This document shows, in pieces, positions 24,553 through 38,830 of a stretch of 64,000 bases of DNA. Both the position numbers and the translations under genes were made by a program. The stretch is from Camelus dromedarius. Lineage: Eukaryota. The notes below the pieces were generated by a model. The model was not told the DNA's origin and ran no database searches. It saw only the letters and a program-made list of their open reading frames with translations. The DNA is taken from contig NC_087436.1 in NCBI RefSeq assembly GCF_036321535.1, positions 4,526,001 to 4,590,000 on the forward strand, given 5' to 3'. Each line of letters starts with the position of its first letter. Within the stretch, counting starts at the first letter, position 1.

Positions 24553-27439
24553 ATGATACTATTTAAATGTGAATCTAAAAAATGACACAAGTGAACTTTT
24601 TTACAAAACAGAAACAGACTCACAGACATAGAAAACAAAGTTATGGTTATCAGGGGGTAAAGGGGGTGGAAAGGGATAAATTGGGAATTCTAAATTTGCA
24701 CCTCTTGGGAAGTGATGGAAATGTTGGCTATCTTCATTGTGGTGGTGATTTCATGGGTGCAGACATCTATCAGAATCCATCAAATGGTACATCTGAAATA
24801 CGTGTAGTTTACTGTACAGGAGCCATGCCACAATGAAGGTGTTACAAATAAAAAGAGAGAGAGAGCGAGCTTTCACCAAAACTCGCTCGTGCTGCCCCCC
24901 TGCAGCTCCAGGGCCGGGAGAAAACGAGCCCCTGCCATTAGGCCCCCGGTTTCTGGTGCAGCGTGGCGGCAGCCCCAGCCGACAGGCACACCCCCGTACC
25001 CTCTTCAGGCCCCCAGAAAAACCTGCTTTTGAGCACACGCCCGCTTCTGTTTGCATTCCCCTCGTGTTTTCCTGACGTCTGCCTCTCCATCTGAGTCATG
25101 TGGCCCTTCTTCAGTCTCAGTGAAGGACGTCCTCCCGGGGCGCTTGGTCGGGCCATCTTCCCTCTCGGCTCCAGCCCTTCAACACCAGGCAGCTTGAATT
25201 AAGCTCCTGGATTTAATGGCTCCCGGTGTGGGGGCCCAGGAGTTCACGTCTCTTGTCTGCTTTATGCTCCTGCATTGCGGACTCCAGTGGTCAGATGTGT
25301 CCCTGCCTGGCTGTCCGGCCAGCAGTCCCAGAGATGTGTACACAGCACAGAAGTCAGCGTCCTTCCCCAGACTCACATCTTCCCAGCGAGGCCGTGTTAT
25401 CCTTCCAGGCAGAGCTCAGCAAAATCTTGCTCCCGATGCCTGGTCAGTTGCCCGTGACGCCGGCTGTAATTCTGGAATATCTCAGGCACCACCCTTTCCT
25501 GCCTGCCCCACAACTTTCCATCCCTCCATCCGCTCGCACGGCTCTTCCCCTCGGGCAGGACCTTGTGCTGAAGACTTCACGTCCAGTCTTAGCCACTTTC
25601 AGATGACCTTGGGGAACCTCGTCCATTTCTGGGTCAAGTGAGAGTTTTCCCTTCCAAAAAAGGCCGAAGAATGATAAAACAGGAAGGGAAAATATAATTG
25701 ACAAAAATAATAAAAGTGGGACAGCCAATACGAAATAATAAAACAGAAAAGAGGAAACTATATGGGAAAACGTTTTGGAAATGACTTCGTTCTCCAGCTC
25801 TGTGCTGTTTGCATCTGTGTCTGGGCTGCACGTGCAGAAGCTTCGGGGGAGATAAAGGCGTAAGAGTGAACTGTGTGGTGAGGACTTAATACCTGTACAT
25901 CGCCTGCGTTTGCACCAGATGGCTGCAAGCCGGTAGTCCTGTCTTTCCATTTCAGTGTAAAACTGCACACCGGAAGTCTAAAGTCGGATAGCTTGTAATC
26001 TGTGTGGTTGGTTAGGTTAAGGCTGGAAACGTCCATAACTTTTCGATTAAGTGGCAAAGACAGGCTGATGAATAAGGCTATTCAGAAAAGATGTTTAGAG
26101 AATTAAGAAAGGACTAAAGATAACTCCTTGAGAAAGTACAAAAGGCGATGAGCAAATCATGCAAAAGAGCCTGGGGAAATAGTCTGGAAACTGAAGATGG
26201 CTAAAGCAGTTTTGCCGTGTGTGTTAGTGTTGGTGTGATACGTCCATGGAACGTAAGCCTCTGATCGGACTGAAACCCAGTGTGTGTGATAACTCCCAAC
26301 TGATCATGTGCGGACCTGGAATTCGGGGAACTAGTTGTGACCTGCTGGTCAAAGCAGAGTCAGCAGTTTGGGGGGTGGGCCCACAGAAGGAGAGAGGTTT
26401 CCCTGCGTTTCGGGTGAGGGGGTGATGAGAGTGTAGGGGTGAGCTCTGGGCCAAGGTCAAGTTGCCCACGTTGACCGCCACGCCACAGGAGCTCTGGGGC
26501 TTGGGCCAAGTCACAAAAATCTGGATTTTTGTTCCACCAGCTGTAAATAAGCTCTGACATCTCTCCTGCTTGTAAACGCCTGAGCCTTAGCGTTGACGTT
26601 TACATGAGAGATGCGGAAACGAAGAAGAAAACGTGTTTGCGTTTACTGTGAGCAGGCACATTTCTTTAACCTTGTCTGTTTTCAGCCAGTCAGAGACGAG
26701 GCGGCACTGAAGGATATGGTTGTGGTCTCAGGTCTAACGGGGACAAACTCAGCCTTCTCAGCCCATGCTTTGTGCAGATCCAAATACACACCCGTGAAGT
26801 CCACGTTTAGAGGCCAAATCTCGTTTCTGGTCGTGGCGTCTCCTGAACTACTTGTAATGTGAAAAATCAGAACGCATTGTCTTGGAATTTGCTTTTTTTT
26901 TTGGCTGGCCTTGGCTCAAAGTAAAATTTTGCAGAAGGGGTTCCCGAGAGGGTCTCCCACACCTGTGTTTCGGGAACGTCTGGACTTTCCCTCAGCCCCC
27001 AGGCCCGACAGTCTGACCTTCTATTTTAGCTGATAAATTTAATCTTTGTTTTCCCAGGTTGTATTTATTGGTAGAGGAATTTCAGGAGTAATCACGATGG
27101 TATGTACAAGGCCCCCCATTTCTCAGAGTCGCCCCAGAACACTGGCTTTATAGCCAGATAAGCCTGGGTTCATTGCCTGTTTCTGCCACTCGTAAGCAGT
27201 GACTGCAGACAAGTTTCTGAATCTGTGTTTTAGATTCTTCTTGTGTAAAACACACACACGCAGACTCCCTGTAGGATTGCTGCAAAGATTAAGTGAGGTA
27301 ATGTATGTGCCGTCTTAGAAGGTCAGCAAGCTGAGTCTGTGAAGGACAAGACAGTAAGTGATTTCGGCTTTGCTGGCCTGGTCTGTCTCGTTGGCCTTCC
27401 AACTCAGCAGCCTTCTGTAAGTGAACGAGCCTGGAAACG

Positions 27440-28215
27440 TAAAAACCCGGTTTCCCTCTATGTCAGCATTTAACACCTGACACCAGACGTGTGGTTTCCC
27501 TCACCAAGCAGCTCCCCGCCTCTAGCCGGGCATCTACCACTGAGTTCAGTTCTGAGACCATATTCCTAGAGTCACAGATGAATGGGTCAGTCCCACAGGA
27601 CAGCCCCCCACCTCGGATCCTAATCCCAGGTCCATGCCTGGTCCTTCCCACAACAAGCTGTGAGCTGAAGGTGCCCACGGCCCCTCCCTGGGCTCAGGGA
27701 TGTGCCAGAGGAGCTCACAGAACTCAGGAAAACAGTTTACTTACCATCCTACCTGTTTATTACAAAAGGATGCAATTCGAGAACAGCCAGATGGAAGAGA
27801 CGCAGGGGGCAAGGACTAGGGGGAAGGATGCAGCCCCCACGCCAGCCCCCAAGCCCGCTCTGGGTGCACCACCCTCCTGGCACCTTCGTGTGTTCAGCAC
27901 CCTAGGAGGTCCCTGAAATCCCTCCGGTCAGGGTTTTCTATAGAGGCCTCATTAGGTCAGCACTACTGATTAAATTTTGACCATTAGTGTTCAGGGCAAC
28001 TCCAGCCCCTTCCCTCCCCGGAGACTTGCTGGGACACAGGATTCCGACCCTCTAACCCCAGCTCGGGCCATCAGGGAGCCCCCAGCCCCCAGCCCCCTCA
28101 ATGGCACACAAAAAGACACGTCACTGGAGACTCCTAGGGTGCTAGGCAACTAGGAAAGGGAGCGGGTGGGCAGAGACCAAATATATATATATATATATAT
28201 ACACATTTCTCATTG
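27440..28215 (-). mobile_element. MER21-like LTR
   Basis: GGGTCAGTCCCACAGGACAGCCCC, GCTCACAGAACTCAGGAAAACAGTTTACTTAC and AGAGACCAAATATATAT motifs typical of MER21 as recalled; boundaries approximate. Confidence 0.65.
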
Positions 28216-31200
28216 TGGTGCAACTTGGCTGTGTCCCAGTGAGGCCTTATTTGTGGGCACTGAAACTCGAGTTTCATGCGGTGCTCCTGCATTGGGAAAC
28301 ATTCTTCACATTTTTCTCCAGCCTTTCATCCTGGAAAGACCATTCTTAGCACAAGGGCTGGAAGGAAGCAGGCATGAGGCGGGCTTTGGCCCACGGGCCA
28401 TGGTTTGCCCACCCATGCGTGTCCAGTGTCCTTCTAGGGGTGGTGTGGCTTCGTCTGAGCCTCCCCGTTGGCCCGGTGCCCAGCTCCTCCCCGCCCGGGC
28501 CTCCACCATTGGCACATTTCTCACCGCTCTCCTGGGCTTCCTCTGTCTTTCTGTGTGGCCAGGCCAACGTGTCTTGATTCATTTGTTCTTGAGCAGGTTG
28601 GATGAGGTTCCGTCTCCAGCAGTGGTGACAAACCTTCATGATTCTTAGTTGGGGGTCATTTTTTTTCCCTCAAGGATCTTGGGAAAAGCTCCAAGGGCTG
28701 GATTAGGAGACTCCAGGGTCACTCTTGCATCTTCTTCTAGAATCTTCTTTCCAAATATGACAGATTAGAGCCCAGATCATTTGGCTTTCCTCCACCAGTC
28801 TCCTCAGTGTTCAGCATGTGACTTCAGGTGCTGCACGGATGTGACAGTCAGTCCCAGAACCTACCTTAATTACTCTTGTTAGAAACCCGATTCTACTCAG
28901 ACTCTGGGTGCTTCACCTGGATTGCACAAATATCCTGAAATTAACATTCCAGTAAGTGTCTCACCTCTCCCTCCTCATCACTTAAACCCTTCTACAAAGA
29001 TCAATAAACTTTGAGAAAGTGAGTCCATGGAAGGGTTAACACTGACTTGACCTTGAGGAGAACAGGTAATTACAAAAGCAGTGACTAGAGATAAGAGTCT
29101 TTGTATAACACATACTAATTATTTGTCAATCTCTCATTTTAGGAAAAGAAAATCAGATAGCAAAGAATTTCTCTTTCAGCTTGGTTGTTAAGAGTTTATT
29201 TGGTTCAAAAAATTTTCCACATTGGGGATAATGTGGATTTATAGAAAACAGTATGCATTCAGGTGACAAAAGACTTGCTTGATATAACACGTTTGGATTA
29301 ATGAGTGGAAAAAGAGATTTAGAATCTAGAATAGTTCTTCAATTCTTTATTCTAATATTTTATTAAAGAAATTTGGCATGCAGCTTATTAGCTAATCGAA
29401 TTACACAAGATGAAACCAAAATAGAACGTCAGTGCTCTGGGCTGGGCTGTAAACACTATTATTTCATAATTCAATAAAAGGAACCCTAACTATTGACAAG
29501 CATTCCTTTCTGGATGTGTTGTCATGCTCTTCAGGTGGAGAACATTTTCTGTATTTGCAGGGCACCAAGCACCTGCCATGTATGAGCTCCCTTGGCTTTG
29601 AAAAGTGATGGAAAGAGAGTGTCACAGGTTTCAGATGTTCCCAGATCTTCCTGGGAAGGCAGAATAATCTTGTCAGTCATTTATTTAGTGACTTCTGTGA
29701 GCGTGATGGCCTTTGCATATTATTTTCTCTGATCCTTCATGTATCCCCATTTCACCACCGTTTTCCCCTTTCGTGGGTGAGGAAACAGAAGCTTAATGAA
29801 GTGTAGGAGCCTGGTCGACATCCCTGAACTGCTGAGGAGGGACTGTAATGGCTGACATTTACTCACTGCAGACGGGCAACAGCTGCTTTCCTAAGTGTTT
29901 TACGTTTATCGACGTTTCCCATCACAACACGTACATGAAATAGTTGCTGTTGGCATCCCTGTTCCCAGGTGCGGAAAGTTCAGGTGAAGTCAGGCTGAGA
30001 CGTCACAGAGCTGGGACACGGTAGGGGCGAGAGGCAGACACGGACCTGCGGTCCTGGGGCCTGACGGAGCTCTTCCCTGCTGGTCCGACTCCACGACCTC
30101 AGAGCGCAGCTGCGTTTGCGTGAGCTGGTCCCCGCAGACCACGAGGGCTCCATCGTACTGCGCCAACCGTCACGTGTCTGCCAGATGCATCCTTGCAGAA
30201 GAGGGAAGGAAGTGGGGACGCGTGGCTGCGGGCACATCAAGTCAGGGATGTGCTTCCGGGACTTTGTGGCTGGCTAAAATGAAAAAGAAGAGAAAACGAA
30301 AAGGTTACGGTGTCATTATGCCACTTACCTGAAATCTACCAGCCCAGTTGTTTCCCCATCATGGATTTGCTTGCATTTTGCAAGTCTCATCGGAGTATAC
30401 TAACTAAGTCGTAATAAAAGCCGTGAAGTCTAAGATAATGTGACCTTCTTGGATGTTTTTCCAGATAGTTAAGTAGGTTTTTAACCTTACTTGTAAATTT
30501 AAATCAAACATCATTGTGATACAGGCATTTCTGATACAGCACGATATACGTGTCCCTTAAAAGCCACGTGTGCTCTGCTGCTCAACTCTACTAGAAATAA
30601 AAGGACTTATGGGAAGAAAGTGTGTTGGGGTGAAACCAGTCAACACGAGCAGTAACAAAAGTTGTAACAATCCTAAAAAATATACACGCTTAGTTAAAAA
30701 GATAGGCTGTATTGTAGGGAATACGGCACTACAGTAATTATGGGACTGATGTAGGGGGAAAAGGTGGCTTGATTGGAAGAGACTTGAGGACAGTGCTGGA
30801 CCTGCTGAGTTGTGGAGACGCAATAGATAAAAGTGTGTGATAAATCCTCCCAGGACACGGTGTACGTGCAGACTGAGGGAGAGTGTGGGGCGGGGACCTA
30901 GCGTGACTGCTACTTTATCCCGAAATATCCCCCTATTTGTAATTGAGTACGAGCCACATCCCATTACAGAAATACCCAGTATTCACCGGAAAACAGGAAA
31001 AACGGAATGGCTTTTTATAGGGTAACAGAGGTAATTTCTCCCTTCACCCTTTTCATAGTAATTATTACATTTTCAGTACATATATTTGTAAATGGCTTGG
31101 TCTCTGGAAGGAACTATTTCAGCTGTATACTGTGATGGGGATGGTAGGAAAAGCCCAGGAAGTTATTTCATACATTTCAGGAGCAAAATATTGAGACATT

Positions 31201-31814
31201 GGTCCGGTTTCCTCATGATCTCCATGACCTGCTCTAAGTGGTCATGATACGTAATTTGAAGAGATAGTAACTGCATGTATTCAAATTTCACTGATAATCC
31301 TATTGGAGAGTTTTAAAAACATAGATGGTTAGGATTTATAGTCTCAAAGGTTTTGCTCCTTAATGAGTTACAAGACATTCTGCAAACATTTTGCTGTACA
31401 ATTTGACAATCAAACAAATGATAATCCTTAAGAGTTAAAATCTCCCTACCATGGAGTGTACTAAACTTTGCTACTATGACAAAGTTGTCCCTGAATTGCC
31501 CCCTAAATCCCACAAGAAAGGTGTGGATCACACCACCTCATTTTCAATGACTTAGTGTCATGTGTTAGACGTAATTCGTGTCTGATCCCGTGGCTTCAGT
31601 GAGGCAGTTGTTTTCAGGGGAATGGGGGTTCCTGGCATTCTGGTCCGTAGATCTGAGGTTTCCACTGCTTTAGAGGTGACCTCCTTGTTTTGGGAGGATT
31701 ATCAGTCTAGGCTCTTAGTAACAAAAAGTAAGCACCCCCCCACTGTTCTTGAAGAGAGCTGGAGACACTGACACTCATGTACAAGTGCAGTCTGTTGCGA
31801 ATTGGTGATGTACA

Positions 31815-31995
31815 TTTTTTTTTTAAATTGCAGTACAGTCAGTTACAGTGTGTCACTTTCTGGTGTACAGCAGTGTCCCAGTCACGCATATGCATACATA
31901 TATTTGTTTTCATATTCTTTTTCATTAAAGGCCATTACAAGATACTGAATATAGTTTCCTGTGCTGTACAGAAGAAATTTGTTTTTTATATATTG
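31815..31995 (-). mobile_element. Short L1 3' end
   Basis: Poly-T plus GTACAGTCAGTTACAGTGTGTC...ACAAGATACTGAATATAGTT. Confidence 0.8.
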
Positions 31996-34516
31996 ATGTA
32001 AATTGCAATCAGTGTTCCCGTGTCTGGGCTTTGGGAGGATGAGAAACGCCTTCCCGAAGGAGATTTCAGTAGGAGAGGTGAAGCGTCCCCTCCTGCAAGG
32101 TGTCAGGTCACACTGAGAGCCTGCATCTGGGCTGAGTGACCACGAATAGCCCCAGGCCTGGGGGGTGCACCCTGGACCATTTCAATTGCCCTCCATGGCC
32201 CCAGACTTGTGCCTTGGCTTTGGTGTTGAGACGGAGAGTCCTCAAGTCCCCTCGGGTCCCCTCAGGAGCCAAAGCCTGTGGCTTCTCCCTGGGAAGAGAG
32301 CCAGAAATGACCCACTCTGTCATCCCCTGGGTCACTGTTCTCACCCATCCAAGGCCAGCCCCCTGTCCAGCGCCAACCACCTCTCATTCTGCGTCCCAGT
32401 CTGCTCTACTCAGACCCACTTCTTCATCACTCAGTTGGTGGCCCGTGGCCTAGAGCTTAGGCTTGTTGAGCCTGGTCTGCAGGGCCCTCCTGCCAGGGAC
32501 GCCCTGGCCTCTGCCCGTGCCACCCCTCACCACTGTCCACACGCCCCAGCCAGGCCCGGGGAATTCCACCCCCTGGACCACGACTGGTCTGTCCCCACCT
32601 CCGAGCACGTCGGCCTCTCTGGGACTGTCTTCTGAGGCTCCCAGCCACCATGCAGCTGGATGTCTCTTCCTCCTGGGACTGATTTCAGCCCCTACTTGCC
32701 CTCCCAGAGCTACGCGCCACTGCTGTCGCACATGTCACACCGCGAACTGTGCGTCGGAAATAGCTTTCCTGTTGGACCGTCCTCTCCACGAGGGATGTGA
32801 TGCCCGTTGCGTGCTGCTCTGCCCTTGGCGTCTGGAAGGATGGCCCACACGTTGCAGACCATCCTAGATATCTACTGAACAGAGTGAAACGTGAACAAGC
32901 AAAGGAATGAATGACATCGAGTGTGTTCAGTGCCGAAGGATTCTTGAGCTTTAACTTCCAGGAGCTCATCCTGGAATTTACCAAGGAGGTTGGGGGTGAC
33001 ACCGGGGAAGTAAAAACCAGAGCCTTGGAGACGCAGGAATAAATCTTGTCCGAGGACTTGAACACAGCACAGAAGGGAAAGCAGGGAGGAGTGATGCCTG
33101 GAGGCGCTGGAACCGCGTCCTTTCCCTCCACTTAGTGCTGGAGAGACTTGGACCTTCGCACCAGCTCCTCCACTGCTTCATCCCGCTTTCCTGATATATC
33201 GAAGGGGCAAGTTCTGTAAGTGCCCTTTACTGCCAAGTGAAAAGAACACAGTTTACAAGCCTGACTTAGGGACTTGTACTGAACATTTGTGCAGCCTTTG
33301 AGGAATGAAAGCGTTCAGCTTGCAGTCTACCAGGGACGTCAAGCTGTCCTCTTGACATCTGTTTCTGAAAATGGTCGGTAGGTGTGTGCTGGAGTGTGGA
33401 CACTCTGCCTTTCCTGAGGCTGTCTGTTTTGAAGTTCCCTCTTAAAAAATCTGCACTTTGGAATTGAATCTTAAAACACTCATACTTCTTTAGTCACAGA
33501 TTTCGGCCTGGCTGGGTGCTGGGTCTGGTGTAAGGACCTCTGTTGTGAAACAGACAGAGGACCTAGTGGGTGCTTCTCTCAGGTTTGGTTTTTTTTTAAA
33601 CATATGAAAAACAAGGCTTTTGTGCTTAATTCCCTCCTGGAGTTTAATGATGGAGCCACATTTCCTGAGCAGTAGGGTATCCTGGTTGTTAATTTGAGGC
33701 CAGTAGATGGGCCCTTATTCTCAGCGCAGCAGAGTTAATCACTTACCAGTGAAAGGAGAGAGCAGTCAGAACATTTGGAGGCTGTTTAATCATCAACTGT
33801 GGATGACAAGCACCTCTCTGAGTTTCTGAGAATATATACCCCACTGCCTGTCAAGGCCTGGTCACGAAATGCATCACTTTAATTAATTTGTTTTTTCCTT
33901 GCCATGTTTTTTACTGCCATCTCTACACCCCACTCTGGACTGAATTCGGGAGCGATCAAACCATTCCTGAAGTCACTGCTAAGGCTGCACCTACAGATCA
34001 TCCCTCGTGCAGCCCAAGGGCGCGTTCTGTCTTCCTGGCAGGACCACGCCAGGCAAACACGGACTTCCAAGGTGCCCAATCTGCACGCATCTGTTCTCGG
34101 TGCAAATTCTTCCGCGGAACAGACGGCGACTGCTAATGAGTTTGTTTACACATGTGTGATTTAATGAGACTAAACACTTAACTGATCGTGAAGTCAGACT
34201 TGTTTCCTGCTGCTGTTTTTGCTTTAATTAAAAACAATGTTGGGCACATTTTCTGGGAATTACAGCACTGTGACAGAGGAGATTTCCAGGAAGGGTTGGC
34301 TGTTCAGTTGTGGGACTGAAGAGGAAGATGAGAATACAGTGTTGGGTTTGGGGACAAGGGCTAAAATCTGGCTTAACTGACAAGATTAGGTGTAGTGAAG
34401 GAATTTTTCATGAAGTATGTCATGGCAGACTCTTTGGTCCAATGCTAAGATTAGAGTATGTCCCAGAATAACTTATTTTAGGAAGTTCTAGACCTGAATG
34501 GGCTCCACCATAAAAT

Positions 34517-34668
34517 CTTTTTTTTTATTGAAGTATAGTCAGTTTCCAATGTTGTGTTAATTTCTCATGTACAGCATAGTGATTCAGTTATACATATGTA
34601 TATTTCTTCTCATATTTTTTCATTATAGGATATTACAAGATATTGAATATAGTTCCCTGTCCTATATC
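34517..34668 (-). mobile_element. Short L1 3' end
   Basis: Poly-T plus ATTGAAGTATAGTCAGTT...GAATATAGTTCCCTGT. Confidence 0.8.
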
Positions 34669-35519
34669 AATTTTATATGTAATCTATTGTATAGCCTTCC
34701 TTTTTTTTGAGTGAACTCTTTTCTAGTTATTGGCTTATATTTTGATATAACTGAAATCATGACATTCAATTAAGACAGTTCTTCTTCCTAAAAATTCATA
34801 TAAAATAATGGTGATTTAACTTTTATAAATAAATATTTATGTAAGGTTATCTGATACACTCCCCCTTTATTACTTTGAAATTCTGCAGAACTGAACCCAC
34901 ACAGGCTCACTTTGAGGTGGAAGAGATGAGGAAGGAACTCTAACCCCTGACCCACAGGCCAAATCCAGTCTGGTTTTGCAAGTTTTCTCCAGACCCATCT
35001 CTCATCCCTCTGCGTGTGTGGGCTGGGGAGTGGCGGAGCTGAGTCTCCGACTGCAGAGTGGGAGTGACCCACTCCGGCCCTGTACACACAGGTTTCTCAC
35101 CACTGATCATCTCCCTGCTGGGTCTGCGATCTCCCTGTACCTTCCCGAAGATTCCTAAATTCCACCTGACCACAGGTGTGGGTGTGGCTTTGAGTAGCTC
35201 AGGGCCCAGGGCCTGGCTGCTGCTTCTGGCCCGTCTGCTGCTTCTGGCCCGTCCTCATCCCTTCCCCAACCCTGGGCACCCTGAACACCCAGAGGGCTGG
35301 CAAATGCGACTTCACCTGCCTTGTTTGTCCCAGTTTGGGAAATGAGTAGGCCATTGTTCTCGACGTACTAGATAAGTTGTGACAAATTACAAGCTGTTGC
35401 TTATACATATTAGGAATACATGGAGAGCACTGAGGTGCATAGAAAAGAAAATAATAAATGATTTTTTATTATTAAATACACTAATTTTTTTTGTAAGTTA
35501 ATTATTTTCTTTTTCTTGC

Positions 35520-35895
35520 CTTTTTTTCTTTAACTGAAGCATAGTCAGTTACAATGTGTCAATTTCTGGTGTACAGCCCAATGTCCCAGGCATGCATGTA
35601 CATGCATATACATGCATATACATTTTCATATTCTTTTTCATTAAAGGTAACTATAGGATATTGAATATGGTTCCCTGTGCTATACAGAAGAAATCTGTTA
35701 CTTATCCATTTTTATATACAGTGGCTAACATTTGCAAATCTCAAACTCTCAAATTCATCCCTTCCCACCCCCTGCCGCCAGAAACCGTAAGATTGTTTAC
35801 TATGTCAGTGTGTCTGTTCCTTATTTGTAGATGAGTTCATAGTGTCCTCTTTTTTCTTTCTTTCTTTTTTTAGATTCCACATATAAGTGATATGT
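35520..35895 (-). mobile_element. L1 3' fragment
   Basis: Closely similar to 3660-4060. Confidence 0.85.
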
Positions 35896-37387
35896 GAAAT
35901 GTTAGACTTTAGCCTGGACGATTGAAGTTCCATCAGCTAAGGAGGTTTTTATGTTCTTGTTCGCTTTCTAAGGTAAACTTATAAACCGTATCTTTAAGAT
36001 AAACTAATCCAACTGTATAAACCTGATTATTTAGAAACTCATCTCATTAGGTAATGAGTTTGGGTTCACAGAAAATGCACTCGCTGTGGGGTCAGCTGGA
36101 CCTGCGTTTCAGCCCGAGCTCTGTCACTTTCTAGCATTTCAGATGGAAGAAAATGTCCTCAACTTGGAGCCTCTGGCCCACTGGGGATAATAATGCCTGT
36201 TTCAAAGAAGCTCGCCGCAAGGCCCAACTGTAAACACAGAGTTCCCGGCACTGTTCCAGGCACGACACGGCCTCTTTTTCACACTTTCGTGCCTTTTGAC
36301 TTTACAAGCTTGGAAAGTTGGTGGACCCAGGTAGTCAAGATCGTTGGTACTGCTGATCAGCAGAATTTACAAGCAGACAGTTCGGCTGAAAAGTAGCTGG
36401 TGAGAAACGGGTGGTGGATTGTGTGGAGAAGCATGGTCACAGCATCAACACAAACAAAAGCAGGAGGGAGCGCAGGCCAGGACAGCCCAGCGCGTGATGT
36501 TCGTGGACCCCCAGGGAGAGAGGCCTTCTGGGTTTACTCCAGTGTCTTCCAGAGTCAGATCCACACACCCCTGCAAATCCAATGGCATGTTCTCAAGGAA
36601 TCAGGAGTTCTTTGAAAAAAATACTATTTGCTTTTCATTTTGATGCTATTTTAAAATTACTGCACTATTGATAGAAAAAAAATCTTTTGCAGTAATCATT
36701 TCAATTAATTTTTTCACGTGAAAGTCAGTGTTTCAGATCTAACAACATACACTTGGGCATCATAATGTATTTTTTTTCTTCAGGTGTGTTTAGGAGACGT
36801 TAGTTATGCTGTTCTGACTTTTCAGAAGAGATCATAGTGAGGGTGTAGTAGTTCCCACACTAGTATGACCTAGACTGAGACTTGACTTCTGTCCTAAAAC
36901 CATCGTCTTCCACTCTTGGGGAATCAAACTAGGCCAAATGGACTGGGGAAAAAAAGGGGAAATCAGTAGTTTGTTCTAAAGGCATTTTGGAGAAAATTAT
37001 ATTCCACTGGAAAATACTAAAATACTAATAGTTGGTCTAGCAACTTGTGAGACATAGATAATTTTGGGAGTTTCTCAAATGTGTGTGCAGATGTTGGTAA
37101 ATATGACTCTTTTGTAATTAATTCATGTACAGCCTCATCCTGTGCAGTTTAACAGTGAACGTGCAGGGTCCCAGCCAGGGGTCCTTTGTGGTTCCTGGGT
37201 ACGCAGGTATTTTACCAGAATGCTCACCAGTGTTCCATCCATTTTAGGATTGACATCTCCACCAGAATTTTTGTTTTGCTTGGAAATGACCGACGACAGT
37301 AGGGTCTTTGCTTTCTCATGCCTGGCTTTTTCTGTATTCGCAGGAACAGGAGGTGCCTCCTCTGTTCTGAGCTGCTCCTGCCTGTAG

Positions 37388-37489
37388 ACGCGCGGGTCAC
37401 GAGGGTCCCTGGTCTGTCGTGGCTTCTGTGTGTCTGTCCCACCTGAGAGCAGCTCCCTGGGGGGCCACCCAGGTGGGGCCGCCAGCACC
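37388..37489 (+). other. GUCY1A1: 5'UTR part of the ATG-containing exon of GUCY1A1
   Basis: Pyrimidine-rich acceptor ctgctcctgcctgtag|AC at 37387/37388, 102 nt before the ATG; similar to the human 5'UTR as recalled (GTGGCTTCTGT). Confidence 0.7.
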
Positions 37490-37753
37490 ATGTTCTGCAC
37501 GAAGCTGAAGGACCTGCAGATCACGGGGGATTGCCCCTTCTCTCTGCTGGCGCCGGGACCCGCGGCCAAGGAGCCGGCGGAGGCGGCGGCGGCGGCGGCC
37601 GGATGCTCGGAGGCCGGGACCGCAGCCCCGCGCGCGAGCAGGGGCGTCCCCGAGGGGCGCGCGCACGGGGGGCTTCCCCCCAGGAAGACCAGCCGCAGTC
37701 GCGTCTATCTTCAGACTTTGGCCGAGAGCATTTGCAAACTGATTTTCCCGGAG
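37490..37753 (+). CDS. GUCY1A1: Soluble guanylate cyclase alpha-1, first coding exon (aa 1-88, N-terminus)
   Basis: gccagcaccATG Kozak context; translation [23 protein letters not shown]...[24 protein letters not shown] matches the sGC alpha1 N-terminus; donor GAG|gtgagc at 37753/37754, phase 0. Confidence 0.97.
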
Positions 37754-38399
37754 GTGAGCGCTTGCCCTTTCGAGATGGCACTGATATTTTGAAGATGCTA
37801 AAAAAATGTTTTTCTAAGGAAAATGCGAACACTTGCTTTCTCACTTTCAGGGCTGTGGTGGATGTAGAGTATTTTCCAGAAACATATAAAAACATTCCTC
37901 TACAGGCATCGTGTTCTTGAATTGTGTTTCATCTTAAAATGTTTAAGATCTTGCACTCTGTCCTGCACTCTGGTGAGCTTGATGACTTGCTTAGTCTGTT
38001 GGCCTCAGCATCCTTACCTGTAAAATGGGAATGGTGACACCACCCACTCCATAGAGCCTCAATGTGCATGAAGTAAAACAATCCATAGCTCCGGCCATCC
38101 ATAAGGACCCATCCATTGTTAGCTGGTTTTTAGAGCTAAATTCCTCAAAGAATAACTTATTTTCTGCTGGGCTGTCCTGGTCTGTGTCCAAAGAGCATCA
38201 CACATTCCCTGCCAATTTGCTGAGGTGTCCTGCTGGCTCTGAGTTTGAAGTCTCCGCTCACGCCAGGCTCGACCTCATCCCTAAGTTGGGGTCAGGGACC
38301 CGCACCTGCCAGTACCTACCTGCCGGCAGCTGGGACATGCCTTGTTATAGTGAACAGCCTAGAGCCGCGCTGAGATCTGGAGCCCCTCCCTTAAGAGAC

Positions 38400-38830
38400 C
38401 TCTGGAAAGACAGCTACTGTGTCATCTCATTTACATATGGCATCTTAAACAACACCACCAAGTCCCAAAGAGAAAGAGATCAGACTGGTGGTTCCCAGAG
38501 GCAGAGGGTGGGGGAGGGGAATTAGAGGAAGGTGGCCAAGGTGGTCAGAAGAGACCCACCTTCAGTTCGGAGATGCTTGGGTACCAGGGACGCAAGGACA
38601 GCGAGATGGCTGTAGCCAGCACCGCTGGATGATGTATGGGAAAGCCTCCGTGAGGAAAGCCTATGAGTTCTCATCGCAGCGAGAAATGTCTTCTCTTTAC
38701 TTTTTATTGTACCTACATAAGAAGATGGGTGTTAGCCGAACCCAAGCTATTGTGGTCATCATTTCACATTCTGTGTAAATCAAGCCATCATGCTGCAGTG
38801 ATGGATGTCAATTATTTCTCAATAAAACTG
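38400..38830 (+). mobile_element. Old L1 3' fragment
   Basis: AAAGACAGCTACTGTGTCATCTCATTTACATATGG...GTCAATTATTTCTCAATAAAACTG. Confidence 0.65.
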
